Positions 28,270 through 40,354 of a stretch of DNA of 64,000 nt are shown here, in pieces (position 1 is the stretch's first letter; every line of letters begins with the position of its first letter). The stretch lies in contig CAVQRP010000009.1 of the NCBI GenBank assembly GCA_963715295.1, positions 13,189-77,188 of the forward strand, in the 5' to 3' direction. Origin of the DNA: an uncultured Chloroflexia bacterium (GTDB lineage Bacteria; Chloroflexota; Limnocylindria; Limnocylindrales; CSP1-4). The translations under genes were made by a program, and so were the position numbers. The notes beneath the pieces were generated by a model. That model made no database searches. It was not told where the DNA came from and saw only the letters and a list, made by a program, of their open reading frames with translations.

Positions 28270-29484
28270 ATGCCGTCCATCTCGATGCGCCAGCTGCTGG
28301 AGGCCGGAGTCCACTTCGGACACCAGACTCGCCGCTGGAACCCCAAGATGAAGCCGTTCATCTTTGCCGAGCGCAACGGCATCCATATCATCGACCTGGC
28401 GCAAACGGTCAAGCTCCTCGAGGAAGCACTCGATTTCGTCACCGACACCGTCGCCAACGGGGACTACATCCTGTTCGTGGGCACCAAGAAGCAGGCCCAG
28501 GAGCCCGTCCACGACGAGGCCACCCGCGCCGAGATGCCGTATGTCAACCATCGCTGGCTTGGCGGCATGCTCACCAACTTCGTGACCATCCGCAAGCGCG
28601 TCGGCCTGCTTGACCAGCTGGAGGCACGCAAGAACAGTGGTGATCTTGACCGCCTCTCGAAGAAGGAGGCGTCGCGCCTCACCGACGAGATGGCCCGTCT
28701 CGAGCTGAAGCTGGGCGGCGTGCGCAAGATGCGTCGTCTGCCCGGCGCCATCTTCGTGGTGGATCCGCAGCGCGAGAAGATCGCCGTCACCGAAGCACGA
28801 CGCCTGGAGATCCCGGTCATCGCTACCGGTGACACCAACGTCGACCCGGACATGATCGACTACATCATCCCCGCCAACGACGACGCCATCCGCGCCATCC
28901 GACTGCTCTGCAAGCTGGTGGCCGATGCTGCGATCGAGGGGATGGGAGCGCGCGCGGCCCGCGCCGAGGAGCCCGTCGTGAGTAGCGACGTCACTGATGC
29001 CGAGACCGCCAGCGACGAGATGCTGGCCGCCGTGGCCGCGGGCGGCACCTACAGTTTCGCGCCGGAGCCCGACGAGGACGAGGCTGTCCTTCCGGGTGAG
29101 GCTGCCCCGGTCGCCGATGGCGCCACGGAGGCTGCCCCCGTCGCCGCTAGCGCCGCGAAGGCGGAGGCTGAGACCGCCACCAGCGAACCAGCTAGCGACA
29201 GCGCGGCCCCGGTCGCCGCGGAGGCCTCCGTCGTGGACGAGGCCGCGACCGTCGAGGAGCCCACGGCCGACGAGTCCAAGGCCGCCAAGCCCAGGAAGGC
29301 GCCCGCCAGGAAGGCCACCAAGGCCAAGGCCACCAAGGCCGACGAGCCCAAGGCCGACGAGCCCAAGGCCGACGAGCCCAAGGCCGACGAGCCCAAGGCC
29401 GACGCCGACGAGGCTGCTGCCGACGAGGCTGCTGCTGCTGAGAACGACAAGAAGGACGAGGCCTCCGACGAGGCGGCGTCCTAG
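28270..29484 (+). CDS. rpsB: 30S ribosomal protein S2 with long low-complexity C-terminal extension
   Basis: [38 protein letters not shown]; about 170 extra Ala/Glu/Asp/Lys-rich residues. Confidence 0.97.
   Translation: MPSISMRQLLEAGVHFGHQTRRWNPKMKPFIFAERNGIHIIDLAQTVKLLEEALDFVTDTVANGDYILFVGTKKQAQEPVHDEATRAEMPYVNHRWLGGMLTNFVTIRKRVGLLDQLEARKNSGDLDRLSKKEASRLTDEMARLELKLGGVRKMRRLPGAIFVVDPQREKIAVTEARRLEIPVIATGDTNVDPDMIDYIIPANDDAIRAIRLLCKLVADAAIEGMGARAARAEEPVVSSDVTDAETASDEMLAAVAAGGTYSFAPEPDEDEAVLPGEAAPVADGATEAAPVAASAAKAEAETATSEPASDSAAPVAAEASVVDEAATVEEPTADESKAAKPRKAPARKATKAKATKADEPKADEPKADEPKADEPKADADEAAADEAAAAENDKKDEASDEAAS
29335..29404 (+). repeat. 15-bp coding tandem repeat (AAGGCCGACGAGCCC) x4 plus partial, encoding (KADEP)4
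   Basis: Four exact copies at 29335-29394 followed by AAGGCCGACG. Confidence 0.95.
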
Positions 29485-29514
29485 CTGCACGAGACGAAAG
29501 GGATAGCCATCAGC

Positions 29515-30113
29515 ATGGCAACTGCGATCACGCCCGCACAGGTCAAGGACCTTCGCGACCGCACCGGAGCGGGCTTCATGGACTGCAAGAAGGCGCTCGA
29601 GGAGACCGGAGGTGACCTGGAGGCCGCCATCGAGTTCCTCAAGGAGAAGGGTCAGGCCAAGGCTGCGGGCAAGGCCGGGCGCGAGGCTCGCGAGGGCCAG
29701 GTTTCGTCCTACATCCACGCGGGCGGTCGGCTGGGTGTGCTCATCGAGGTCAACAGCGAGACGGACTTCGTGGCGCGCAACGAGGACTTCCAGAAGCTGG
29801 TCAAGGACATCGCCATGCAGGTCGCGGGCCTGGCGCCGAAGTACGTCACCATCGAGTCGATCCCGGCCGCCGACCTGGAGGCCAAGAAGGCCGAGCTGAT
29901 GGCCGATGAGGCGACGCAGCAGAAGCCCGAGGATATCCGCGGCAAGATCGTGGAGGGCCAGCTCAACAAGTGGTACAAGGACGTGGTGCTCTACGAGCAG
30001 CCGTTCCGTGACTCGGACCTCACCGTGGGCCAGCTCGTCACCGAGGCGGTCGCACGCATCGGCGAGAATATCCGCGTCCGCCGCTTCGTCCGCTACGAGC
30101 TCGGGGAAGCGCT

Positions 30114-30117
<4 letters not shown>
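29515..30117 (+). CDS. tsf: Elongation factor Ts (short form)
   Basis: [39 protein letters not shown]. Confidence 0.97.
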
Positions 30118-31439
<1,322 letters not shown>

Positions 31440-32183
31440 GTGACTGCACCGTCGGTGACGAAGCGCACGGACGAGGCCCTGGACGCCACGGGCCCTCGGG
31501 CGCAGCTGCCCCGGCATATCGCCATCATCATGGATGGCAACCGCCGTTGGGCGCGCAGCCGCGGCGTGCCTGAGGTGCAGGGCCATGCCGCGGGGGTGGA
31601 GGCCATCCGCCCCATCGTGGAGCACGCCACCGCGCGGGGCATCGAGGTGCTTACCATCTATGCCTTCAGCCGTGAGAACTGGCAACGCTCCAGCCACGAG
31701 GTCGAAGCGCTTATCGGGCTGCTGGAAGCGACCATTCGCGACGAGACGCCGCGGCTCATCGAGGAGGGCGTGCAAGTGCGCCTGGCGGGTCGCCTGGACG
31801 AGCTGCCGGTGGAGACGCGCGCGTCGATCGAGCAAGCCATCCTGGCCACCGCCGAGGGTGAGCGCATGGTGCTCAACGTGGCCTTCAACTACTCGTCGCG
31901 GACGGAGATCGTCGACGCTGTTCACGCGTACGTTGACGACGGCAACAGCCTTGCCGGGTTCGATGAGGAGGCGCTGGCGTCCTATCTCTACAGCGCCGGC
32001 CTGCCTGACCCAGACCTGCTCATCCGCACCGGTGGGGATCAGCGCATCAGCAACTTCCTGCTGTGGCAGGCGGCGTATGCGGAGCTCTACTTCTGCGACC
32101 GCTACTGGCCCGACTTCGGGCCCGCCGAGCTCGATGCCGCCATCGACGAGTTCGCCCGTCGCGCGCGACGGTTCGGGCGCTAG
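31440..32183 (+). CDS. uppS: Undecaprenyl diphosphate synthase (isoprenyl transferase)
   Basis: HIAIIMDGNRRWA, YAFSRENWQR, DLLIRTGGDQRISNFLLWQ. Confidence 0.97.
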   Translation: MTAPSVTKRTDEALDATGPRAQLPRHIAIIMDGNRRWARSRGVPEVQGHAAGVEAIRPIVEHATARGIEVLTIYAFSRENWQRSSHEVEALIGLLEATIRDETPRLIEEGVQVRLAGRLDELPVETRASIEQAILATAEGERMVLNVAFNYSSRTEIVDAVHAYVDDGNSLAGFDEEALASYLYSAGLPDPDLLIRTGGDQRISNFLLWQAAYAELYFCDRYWPDFGPAELDAAIDEFARRARRFGR

Positions 32184-32194
32184 GGGCCTCCGGC

Positions 32195-33025
32195 ATGCGT
32201 GAGCGCGCCATCTCGGCGGTCGCCATCGCCGTGGTCGTCGTCGTCTTCTTCCTGCTGGGTCAGCCCTGGCTGACCTTCGGCATCGCGGCACTGGCCCTGC
32301 TGGCGGCCATCGAGGCCTACCGTCTGCTGCCCGCGGCTGGGTTCCCCGTACATCTGCTGCCCGGCGTCATCTTCCCGCCCGTGGCAGTCGTGGCCATGGG
32401 CTGGGACGAGCTGCAGCCAGGCTTCATCGCGGTCTACGTGGCGGCAGTCCTGATCGTGCTGGCGATCGACGCCTTCCGACGCGCAGAGGTCCGGGATGGC
32501 TTCCTGGCCTGGATGGGCGGCAGCTTCGGTGCCCTCTACCCGTCCCTCCTGGCGTTCATGGCCGGCATCCTCGTGGTCGCGCCTGCCATTCCCCCCAGCG
32601 CACCGCTCGAGGGCTTCTTCAGCGCTGGCCAGACCTGGTTGCTGGTGCTGGTACTGACGGTCTGGTCATTCGACACCTTCGCCTACCTGTCCGGTCGCAC
32701 CTTCAAGAAGGGCCGCTTCCTTAACCACATCTCGCCCAACAAGACCTGGAGCGGTGTCATCGGTGGCACGGTTGCGGCCATCGTGGTTGCCGGAGCCCTG
32801 ACGTCGGCCGCCGGCCAGTGGCCGCCGGGCGGCCTGGTGCTGGGCCTCCTGGTGGCGATCGCCGGCCAGGCCGGTGATGTGGCTGAATCGATGCTGAAGC
32901 GCACCGCCGGGGCCAAGGACTCCAGTCACCTCATCCCCGGCCACGGTGGCATCCTCGATCGCGTGGATTCGTTCCTGTTCGCGGCGCCGGTCGTCTACGC
33001 GTATCTGCTGATCGTCGGCACTTGA
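32195..33025 (+). CDS. cdsA: Phosphatidate cytidylyltransferase
   Basis: Multi-TM protein; DTFAY, ISPNKTWSG, GDVAESMLKR, KDSSHLIPGHGGILDRVDS. Confidence 0.95.
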   Translation: MRERAISAVAIAVVVVVFFLLGQPWLTFGIAALALLAAIEAYRLLPAAGFPVHLLPGVIFPPVAVVAMGWDELQPGFIAVYVAAVLIVLAIDAFRRAEVRDGFLAWMGGSFGALYPSLLAFMAGILVVAPAIPPSAPLEGFFSAGQTWLLVLVLTVWSFDTFAYLSGRTFKKGRFLNHISPNKTWSGVIGGTVAAIVVAGALTSAAGQWPPGGLVLGLLVAIAGQAGDVAESMLKRTAGAKDSSHLIPGHGGILDRVDSFLFAAPVVYAYLLIVGT

Positions 33026-34254
33026 TGGTCGCGCCCGATCCCACGCGGCCGACGCGCATGGGGGTGGCCTTGCTGGGCTCGACGGGTTCGATCGGCCGGC
33101 AGACCATCGATGTCCTCGGTTCGGCTGCGCCGGGCCGTTTCGAGGTCGTGGCCCTGGCCGCCGGTCGCGATGCCGAGACCTTGTCCGAGCAGGCGGCGCA
33201 GCTGCGACCAGCAGCCGTCGCCATCGCGGATCCGGCGGCCGCCTCACGAATGCGATTGCCTCCGGGTAGCGAGCTGCTGGACTCGGTTGACGCCATGACG
33301 CTGATGGTCACGCGCGAGGACGTCGACCTTGTCATCGTCGCCACGGGCGGCGTGGTCAGCTTGCGCCCGGTCCTGGCCGCTTTGCGCGCGGGCAAGGTCG
33401 TGGCCACGGCCAACAAGGAAACGCTGGTCTCGGCTGGCCACCTGGTGATGCCGCTGGCGCAGAGGCTGGCAGACGACGTGCGGGCCAGGGACGCCCAGTC
33501 ACCCATGGCCTCGCCGCTGGCGTGGTTGCGACCCATCGACTCCGAGCACTCGGCCATCTGGCAGTGCCTCGTTGGGGAGGAACTCGGGGCGGTCTCGCGG
33601 CTCATCCTGACTGCATCCGGCGGTCCCTTCCGAACGTGGAGCGCCCAGCGCATGGCCGGGGCCCGGCCGGCGGACGCGCTCCAGCACCCCAACTGGGTCA
33701 TGGGTAGCAAGATCACCATCGACTCGGCCACGCTCATGAACAAGGGCCTGGAGGTCATCGAGGCGCACTGGCTCTACGATGTGTCCTACCAAGACATCGA
33801 GGTGGTCATCCATCCCCAGAGCCTGGTGCACTCGCTGGTCGAGTTCGTCGATGGCTCGCTCAAGGCCCAGCTGGGCCTCCCTGACATGCGCATCCCCATC
33901 CAGTACGCGACGACCTTCCCTCACCGTTCCGCCGGGCCGGCCCCGCGCCTGAACCTCACGGAGCATCCACACATGACCTTCGAAGCCCCCGACGAGACGC
34001 GCTTCCCGGCCATCCCCATCGCGCGCGCCGCCGGCGTCGCCGGGCCCGGTGCCACGGCCGCCCTGATCGCGGCCGACGACATCGCCGTCGAGCGGTTCCT
34101 TGCCGGCGGGCTCTCCTATCTCGGCATGGCCCGGTTGGTGGAGGCGGCCGTGGAGCGTTTCGCCGTCGGTCATGCCCCGGAGCTTGATGAGCTGGAATCG
34201 ATCGACCGTGAAGTGCGGGCCTGGGCGCGCCAGACGCCGGAGGCGGCGGCATGA
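33025..34254 (+). CDS. dxr: 1-deoxy-D-xylulose-5-phosphate reductoisomerase
   Basis: LGSTGSIGRQT, ANKETLV, PIDSEHSAI, HPNWVMGSKITIDSA, NKGLEVIEA. Confidence 0.97.
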   Translation: MVAPDPTRPTRMGVALLGSTGSIGRQTIDVLGSAAPGRFEVVALAAGRDAETLSEQAAQLRPAAVAIADPAAASRMRLPPGSELLDSVDAMTLMVTREDVDLVIVATGGVVSLRPVLAALRAGKVVATANKETLVSAGHLVMPLAQRLADDVRARDAQSPMASPLAWLRPIDSEHSAIWQCLVGEELGAVSRLILTASGGPFRTWSAQRMAGARPADALQHPNWVMGSKITIDSATLMNKGLEVIEAHWLYDVSYQDIEVVIHPQSLVHSLVEFVDGSLKAQLGLPDMRIPIQYATTFPHRSAGPAPRLNLTEHPHMTFEAPDETRFPAIPIARAAGVAGPGATAALIAADDIAVERFLAGGLSYLGMARLVEAAVERFAVGHAPELDELESIDREVRAWARQTPEAAA

Positions 34255-35525
34255 TCGACGGCATCATCAACGTCGTCCTGCTGCTGACGGTCCTGACCGT
34301 GCTCGTGCTGGTGCACGAGCTGGGACACTTCGTCACCGCCCGCCGGGCCGGCGTCAAGGTGCACGAGTTCGGCATCGGCTTCCCGCCCCGGGCCAGGGTG
34401 CTGTTCAAGCGTGGCGACACCACGTACACGCTCAACTGGCTGCCCATCGGCGGCTTCGTGCGCATGGAAGGGGAGGAGGTCAGTCCTGCCGACGGCTCAG
34501 AGCCCGAGATGGACGAGTCCGCCATGCCCGCCGCCGACGTCGAGGCACTGCCGGAGCGCGAGTCGCTCGACCCGCGCGCCTTCGTCAACAAGCCGCTCCA
34601 CACGCGCCTGGTCATCCTGTCCGCCGGTGTGGTCGTCAACTTCGTGCTGGCGTGGGTCATCTTCAGCCTCATCGCGTTCGTCGCCCAGCCCACCTGGAAG
34701 GTGCAGCTGGCTGAGGTCACCCCCGGCTCGCCCGCGGAGGCGGTCGGGCTCGTCGGCGGGAAGGTCATCGAGCAGCGTGACTTCGAGGTCACCGACGAGA
34801 GCGGCCAGCCCACGGGCGAGGTCATCACCTACGACGTCTTCGACGACTCGGGAGACACCATCCTGGCCATCGATGGCCAGACCTTCCCGGTCTTCGATGA
34901 CATGGCCAATCCGGACGCGGCCGATGGTCGCATCGCGCCGATCAAGTACCTCGCCGACCGTCCCGGTGAGACCGTCACCATCACCATCGAGCGGGCCGAT
35001 GGCTCGGTCGCCGAGGTCGAGGCCACGCTGCGGTCGCAGGCTGAGATCGCGGCCGGCCTGGGTGCGCTCGGCTTCCGACCCGGCCAATACAGCTTCGCCG
35101 AACAGCAGAACGGGCCCGTCGAATCGGTCGCTATCGGCTTCGAGCGTACCGTCGAGACCTCGACGCTCATCCTGCGCGCCGTGGGCGGCTTGATCGTGTC
35201 CATCTTCGATGGTCCAGACGACGCGCTCGATGACATCGCCGGACCGCTGGGCATGGTGGACATCGTGGGCCAGGTGCGTGTGGCGTTCCCACCGGTGTTC
35301 CTGCTCTGGTTCGTGGGGCTGCTGTCGGCCAACCTGGCGGTCATCAACCTGCTGCCCATCCCTCCGCTCGACGGCAGCCGCATGGTCATGGGCGTGGTCC
35401 AGGCCCTCAGCGGCAATCGCGTCAGCCCGGAGGCCGAGCGCCTGGTCTACTTCACCGGCTGGCTGGCGCTGATGGCCTTCCTGGTCTGGGTGACGATCTC
35501 TGATATCGGCCGCATCGCGTCGTGA
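34251..35525 (+). CDS. rseP: RIP metalloprotease RseP (M50) with PDZ-like region
   Basis: [26 protein letters not shown]. Confidence 0.93.
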   Translation: MIDGIINVVLLLTVLTVLVLVHELGHFVTARRAGVKVHEFGIGFPPRARVLFKRGDTTYTLNWLPIGGFVRMEGEEVSPADGSEPEMDESAMPAADVEALPERESLDPRAFVNKPLHTRLVILSAGVVVNFVLAWVIFSLIAFVAQPTWKVQLAEVTPGSPAEAVGLVGGKVIEQRDFEVTDESGQPTGEVITYDVFDDSGDTILAIDGQTFPVFDDMANPDAADGRIAPIKYLADRPGETVTITIERADGSVAEVEATLRSQAEIAAGLGALGFRPGQYSFAEQQNGPVESVAIGFERTVETSTLILRAVGGLIVSIFDGPDDALDDIAGPLGMVDIVGQVRVAFPPVFLLWFVGLLSANLAVINLLPIPPLDGSRMVMGVVQALSGNRVSPEAERLVYFTGWLALMAFLVWVTISDIGRIAS

Positions 35526-36763
35526 CTGCCGCCCCGCGCCCGGCCCGGCGCCAGACGACGCGGGTCGAGGTGGGCGGCGTGGCAGTGGGCTCGGGCGAGC
35601 CGGTGGTGGTGCAGTCGATGACCAATACCGACACGGCCGACGCCGATGCCACGGCGCTGCAGGTGGCCGCGCTCGCTCACGCCGGCTCCGAGCTCGTGCG
35701 CATCACGGTCAACAATGATGCGGCCGCCCAGGCAGTGCCTCTCATCCGTCGCAAGCTCGACGACCTGGGCATCGCGGTCCCGCTCATCGGCGATTTCCAC
35801 TACAACGGCCACCAGCTGCTCGTCGAGTACCCCGAGGCGGCCCAGGCCCTGTCCAAGTACCGCATCAATCCCGGTAACGTCGGTTCCAAGCGTCGCGACG
35901 AGAACTTCGCCACCATCGTGCGAGTCGCCATCGACAACGACCGGCCGGTACGCATCGGCGTCAACTGGGGCTCGCTCGACTCGGATCTGCTGACCGAGCT
36001 GATGGACGCCAACGCCCGTTCCGCAGCTCCGGTCGACGCGCGTGCGGTCATGATCGAAGCCATGCTGCAGTCCGCCCTGCGCTCGGCCGAGCTGGCGGAG
36101 GCCACCGGGCTCGCCCACGACCGCATCATCCTGAGCGCCAAGGTCAGTGGCGTGCGCGACCTCGTCGACGTCTATCGCCAGCTGGCGCGCCGCTGCGCCT
36201 ACCCGCTCCACCTCGGACTCACCGAGGCCGGCATGGGCATGAAGGGCATCGTCGCCTCGGCCGCCGGCCTGGCCATCCTGCTCGACGAAGGCATCGGCGA
36301 CACGATCCGCGTCTCACTCACTCCGCAGCCCGGCGGTGACCGTACCGAAGAGGTGCAGGTCGCGATGCAGGTGCTGCAGTCGCTGGGCCTGCGCTCCTTC
36401 CGGCCCCAGGTGAGCGCCTGCCCCGGCTGTGGCCGCACCACCAGCACGTTCTTCCAGGAGATGGCCCAGCGCATCGAGGCCCACATCGCGGCCCGCATGC
36501 CGGACTGGGCGCAGCGATACCCGGGTGTGGAGGACTTGTCCGTGGCGGTGATGGGCTGCGTCGTCAACGGCCCCGGCGAATCCAAGCACGCCGACATCGG
36601 GATCAGCCTGCCGGGGACGTTCGAGGAGCCCAAGGCACCCGTCTTCATCGACGGCGCCCTGCATGACACCCTGCGTGGCGAGGCGCTGGTGGAGGAGTTC
36701 ATCGACATCCTCGAGGCGTACATCGAGCGGCGCTACGGGGGCATCGCAGCTTTCCCGGCTTGA
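35522..36763 (+). CDS. ispG: (E)-4-hydroxy-3-methylbut-2-enyl-diphosphate synthase
   Basis: [47 protein letters not shown]. Confidence 0.97.
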   Translation: MTAAPRPARRQTTRVEVGGVAVGSGEPVVVQSMTNTDTADADATALQVAALAHAGSELVRITVNNDAAAQAVPLIRRKLDDLGIAVPLIGDFHYNGHQLLVEYPEAAQALSKYRINPGNVGSKRRDENFATIVRVAIDNDRPVRIGVNWGSLDSDLLTELMDANARSAAPVDARAVMIEAMLQSALRSAELAEATGLAHDRIILSAKVSGVRDLVDVYRQLARRCAYPLHLGLTEAGMGMKGIVASAAGLAILLDEGIGDTIRVSLTPQPGGDRTEEVQVAMQVLQSLGLRSFRPQVSACPGCGRTTSTFFQEMAQRIEAHIAARMPDWAQRYPGVEDLSVAVMGCVVNGPGESKHADIGISLPGTFEEPKAPVFIDGALHDTLRGEALVEEFIDILEAYIERRYGGIAAFPA

Positions 36764-36829
36764 GCGCGAAGGCCACCTTGGCTGCGCTAGGATTTCGGTG
36801 CCCGCACCCATCGACCACCAGGAGGTCTT

Positions 36830-38290
36830 GTGTCCAAGTCCGGTTTCGTCAGCGAGCTGACCCGCCAGTCGGAGGATTTCCCCGGCTGGTATAACGACGT
36901 CGTCCTGAAGGCACAGCTGGCCAGCTATTCGCCGGTGCGGGGCTGCATGATCATTCGGCCTTACGGCTTCGCCATCTGGGAATCGATGCGTGACGAGCTG
37001 GACCGGCACATCAAGGCCACCGGCCACGACAACGTCTACTTCCCGCTGTTCGTGCCCAAGTCATTGCTGGACCGCGAGGCTGATCACGTCGAGGGCTTCG
37101 ACCCCCAGGTGGCGTGGGTCACGCGGGCGGGTGGCAACGACCTGGAGGAGCCACTCGCCATCCGACCGACCAGCGAGGCCATCATCGCGGAGGCGGTGAA
37201 GGACTGGATCCAGTCCTACCGCGACTTGCCGTTGCTGATGAACTCGTGGAACAACGTGGTCCGGTGGGAGATGCGCACGCGGCTCTTCCTGCGAACGGCC
37301 GAGTTCCTGTGGCAGGAGGCGCACACGTTCCACGCCACCGAGGAGGAAGCGGCCGAGGAGGTGGCGACCGGCTTGCGCTCGTACGTGTCGGTCTCAGAGG
37401 AGTGGCTGGCGATTCCCGTCATCCAGGGCCGAAAGAGCCCGGCCGAGACGTTCCCGGGTGCCGACTACACGCACGCCATCGAGGCCATGATGCGTGACAA
37501 GAAGGCGCTCCAGGCCGGCACTAGCCACATGCTGGGCCAGAACTTCGCCAGGGCGGCCGATATCACCTTCCTCGATCGCAACAACGAGCGCGTGCATCCC
37601 TTCGGGACCTCGTGGGGCTTTTCCACGCGCATGGTCGGCGCGACCGTCATGGCCCACGGCGATGACTCCGGGCTGGTGCTGCCGCCCAACGTCGCCCCGA
37701 CACAGGTCGTGATCGTGCCGATCTTCCGTAGCGAAGACGACCGCATCGCCGTGGCCGCTGCCATCGAGCAGCTGGAGGCGTCGCTGGCAGGCGTGCAGAC
37801 GGCCTCGGGGACCCTCCGGCTGAAGGTCGACTGGCGCGAGGAGACCCCCGGCTACAAGTACAACCACTGGGAGCTGCGGGGCGTGCCCTTCCGCCTGGAG
37901 ATCGGCCCGCGCGACGTGGCCTCCCAGCAGGCCATGCTGGTGCGGCGGCTCGATCGCGCCAAGGAGCCGTTGCCCCTGGCCAGCCTCGCGGAGGAGCTGC
38001 CCAGGCGTCTCGCCGCCTACCAGGCCCAGGTCTTCCAGCGCGCACTCGACTTCCAGGTCGAGAACACCCACACCGCCGATACCCTGGGCGAGATGACCGA
38101 GGTGCTGGAAGGGCCGGGCGGCTTCGTGCTGGCGCCATGGTGCGGCTCGGCCGGGTGCGAGAAGGCGGTCTCGGCGGAGAACGGCGCCACCATCCGAGTC
38201 ATCCCCTTCGACTCGCCCGACGAGCCCGGTGCCTGCGTCATCGATGGCGCCCGCAGCGAGCGCCGCGTTCTCTTCGCTCGCTCCTACTAG
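36830..38290 (+). CDS. proS: Proline--tRNA ligase (short, archaeal/eukaryote-like type without INS editing domain)
   Basis: GCMIIRPYG, IRPTSE, VVRWEMRTRLFLRTAEFLWQE, QAGTSH, C-terminal FARSY; GGAGG RBS; TAGGAT at 36788. Confidence 0.96.
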   Translation: MSKSGFVSELTRQSEDFPGWYNDVVLKAQLASYSPVRGCMIIRPYGFAIWESMRDELDRHIKATGHDNVYFPLFVPKSLLDREADHVEGFDPQVAWVTRAGGNDLEEPLAIRPTSEAIIAEAVKDWIQSYRDLPLLMNSWNNVVRWEMRTRLFLRTAEFLWQEAHTFHATEEEAAEEVATGLRSYVSVSEEWLAIPVIQGRKSPAETFPGADYTHAIEAMMRDKKALQAGTSHMLGQNFARAADITFLDRNNERVHPFGTSWGFSTRMVGATVMAHGDDSGLVLPPNVAPTQVVIVPIFRSEDDRIAVAAAIEQLEASLAGVQTASGTLRLKVDWREETPGYKYNHWELRGVPFRLEIGPRDVASQQAMLVRRLDRAKEPLPLASLAEELPRRLAAYQAQVFQRALDFQVENTHTADTLGEMTEVLEGPGGFVLAPWCGSAGCEKAVSAENGATIRVIPFDSPDEPGACVIDGARSERRVLFARSY

Positions 38291-38323
38291 GGCGTTCCTG
38301 CGGCTCGCTGCGAGCAACCGTCG

Positions 38324-39016
38324 ATGGCCATCATCTGTCGTGAGATCGGGCTGCTGCTGCTGCAGGCACCCCATACCGGCTCGACCTCGCTGGGCACCCT
38401 GCTGCGGGACGAGCTTGGCGGCGTCAAGCTGCTGGAGGAGCGCGTGCGTGACGAGCGCGGCCGCATCGTGCTGCGCCAGAAGCACCAGACGCTGGCTCAG
38501 CTGATCGATGCCGGCCTTGTCAGCGCCGAAGAGCGACGCCACCTGCTGGTCGTGGTGGGCGTGCGCAATCCCTTCGACCTCGTGCTGACCGAATACGCCC
38601 GCAACCGCGAGGCTGGTGCCATCTCCGCATGGCAGCGCCTGCTGCGGCGGCTGCCGGGTCTCAGCGATGACTTCTCACGCTCCGACTTCGAACGTTTCGT
38701 GGCCCGCCGCTACGCGCCCAACGCGCTCTACCGGCTCCTCGGCCGGCGGCCCTTCGTCCCGGTCGACTGGACCGAGGGCGCCGACCATGTCATTCGCTTC
38801 GAAGCCATGCAGGCTGACCTGGACGAAGCGCTGCGCAGGGTGGGCGTGACGAAGCCGCATCGCCTGCCGCATCGCAATCCCACGGCTTCACGTCGCGACC
38901 GCGACTACTGGAGCATCTACACTCCGCGGTCGCGGGCGATCGTGGCGCAAGCCTATGCACGTGAGCTGGCACAGCACGGCTACACCTTCGAAGCTGCCGT
39001 GGCTGAGGGGGAGTGA
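38324..39016 (+). CDS. Sulfotransferase family 2-like protein
   Basis: APHTGSTS (variant of the PKTGxTS PSB loop), VRNPFD, DHVIRFE, LPHRN, DYWSIYT…ELAQHGYTF. Confidence 0.72.
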   Translation: MAIICREIGLLLLQAPHTGSTSLGTLLRDELGGVKLLEERVRDERGRIVLRQKHQTLAQLIDAGLVSAEERRHLLVVVGVRNPFDLVLTEYARNREAGAISAWQRLLRRLPGLSDDFSRSDFERFVARRYAPNALYRLLGRRPFVPVDWTEGADHVIRFEAMQADLDEALRRVGVTKPHRLPHRNPTASRRDRDYWSIYTPRSRAIVAQAYARELAQHGYTFEAAVAEGE

Positions 39017-39024
39017 CGGGGTGA

Positions 39025-39030
39025 TATACT
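39025..39030 (+). promoter_or_regulatory. Putative extended -10 (TGaTATACT) of the nusA-infB operon
   Basis: TATACT preceded by TG, about 90 nt upstream of nusA. Confidence 0.55.
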
Positions 39031-39053
39031 CCGTGCCTGATCATATGGCCGCT

Positions 39054-39084
39054 CAGAACGTGGGTGACCCCCACGTTTTGTTGT
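39054..39084 (+). terminator. nusA-operon leader hairpin (rimP/nusA leader-type attenuator)
   Basis: CAGAACGTGGG-TGACC-CCCACGTTTTG stem followed by a weak U-tract, between the promoter and the nusA RBS. Confidence 0.65.
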
Positions 39085-39122
39085 GAGCGGCGGTAGACGA
39101 AGACCCGAAAGGAGGGCGACGA

Positions 39123-40340
39123 ATGAGCCGGGACTTCATCGGCGCGCTCCTGCAGCTCAACGCTGAGAAGGGTGTGCCCCGCGAGCAGCTCGTTCGCACC
39201 GTCGAAGACGCCATCCAGAGTGCCTATCGACGCGTGGCGCCCGGCTACGAGGACGTCTATGTCAGCCTCGAAGCCGAGACCGGTGAGATGCGCATCTATC
39301 GCGCACGTCTCGTCGTGTCCGAGATCGAGGACGAAACGACCGAGTGGTCCATCGCGGAGGCCCAGGAGCACGATCCGGCCGCCAAGCTGGGGGACCTCGT
39401 CGAGTACGAGCAGCTCGAGCCCACCCATTTCGGCCGCGTCGGCGCTCAGGTCGCCGGACAGGTCGTCCGGCAGCGCCTGCGCGAAGCCGAGCGAGAGACC
39501 CTCTTCGACGAGTTCGCCCACCGCGAAGGCGAGATCATCACCGGCTCTGTCGGCCGCGTCGAGCCGTCGGGTGTCATCCTCGACCTGGGCAAGGCCGAGG
39601 CTATCCTGCGCACCACCGACCAGTCGGCGACCGAGCACTATCGCATCGGCCAGCACGTCAAGGCCTACGTGCTGGAGGTCCGCCGCACCACGCGCGGCCC
39701 GCTGATCTACGTCAGTCGCACGCACAAGAACTTCCTGCGCCGGCTCTTCGAGCTGGAGGTTCCTGAGATCCAGGCTGGCACCGTCGAGATCCGTGCCATC
39801 GCCCGCGAGGCCGGCAGCCGCAGCAAGATGGCCGTCGCCAGCCGCCAGGAGGGCCTCGACCCGGTCGGTGCCACCGTCGGCCAGCGAGGCGGCCGCGTGC
39901 AGGCCGTGGTGGCCGAGCTGGGCGGGGAGAAGATCGACATCATTCCGTGGTCCGACGACCCCGACGTGTTCGTGGCCAATGCTCTCAGCCCGGCGCAGGT
40001 GGTGGCGGTCGATATCGACGAGGACGAGCGCATCGCCTCGGTGACCGTACCCGAGCGCATGCTCTCGCTGGCTATCGGCCGCGAGGGCCAGAACGCGCGC
40101 CTGGCGGCGAAGCTGACCGGTTGGCGCATCGACATCCGCTCGGAGACCGCTAGCAGCGCAGAGGACGGCGACGACACGGTCGCGGTCGCCGTGGGCGCGA
40201 TCGCGGAGCCGCACGAAGCCGCCGCCGAGGATGCAGCGGCGCCGCCGGCCGCAGCGTCGCCCGAGGCCGAGTCCCCGCCCACCGAGGTGGCGCCGGTCGC
40301 GGTCGAAGCCACGGCTGAGACGACGGAGGTGCAGCAGTAG
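39123..40340 (+). CDS. nusA: Transcription termination/antitermination factor NusA
   Basis: FGRVGAQ, S1 domain, FELEVPEI, AREAGSRSK, GEKIDII, LSLAIGREGQNARLAAKLTGWRIDI. Confidence 0.97.
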   Translation: MSRDFIGALLQLNAEKGVPREQLVRTVEDAIQSAYRRVAPGYEDVYVSLEAETGEMRIYRARLVVSEIEDETTEWSIAEAQEHDPAAKLGDLVEYEQLEPTHFGRVGAQVAGQVVRQRLREAERETLFDEFAHREGEIITGSVGRVEPSGVILDLGKAEAILRTTDQSATEHYRIGQHVKAYVLEVRRTTRGPLIYVSRTHKNFLRRLFELEVPEIQAGTVEIRAIAREAGSRSKMAVASRQEGLDPVGATVGQRGGRVQAVVAELGGEKIDIIPWSDDPDVFVANALSPAQVVAVDIDEDERIASVTVPERMLSLAIGREGQNARLAAKLTGWRIDIRSETASSAEDGDDTVAVAVGAIAEPHEAAAEDAAAPPAAASPEAESPPTEVAPVAVEATAETTEVQQ

Positions 40341-40354
40341 CGCGGGCCGAGGTC

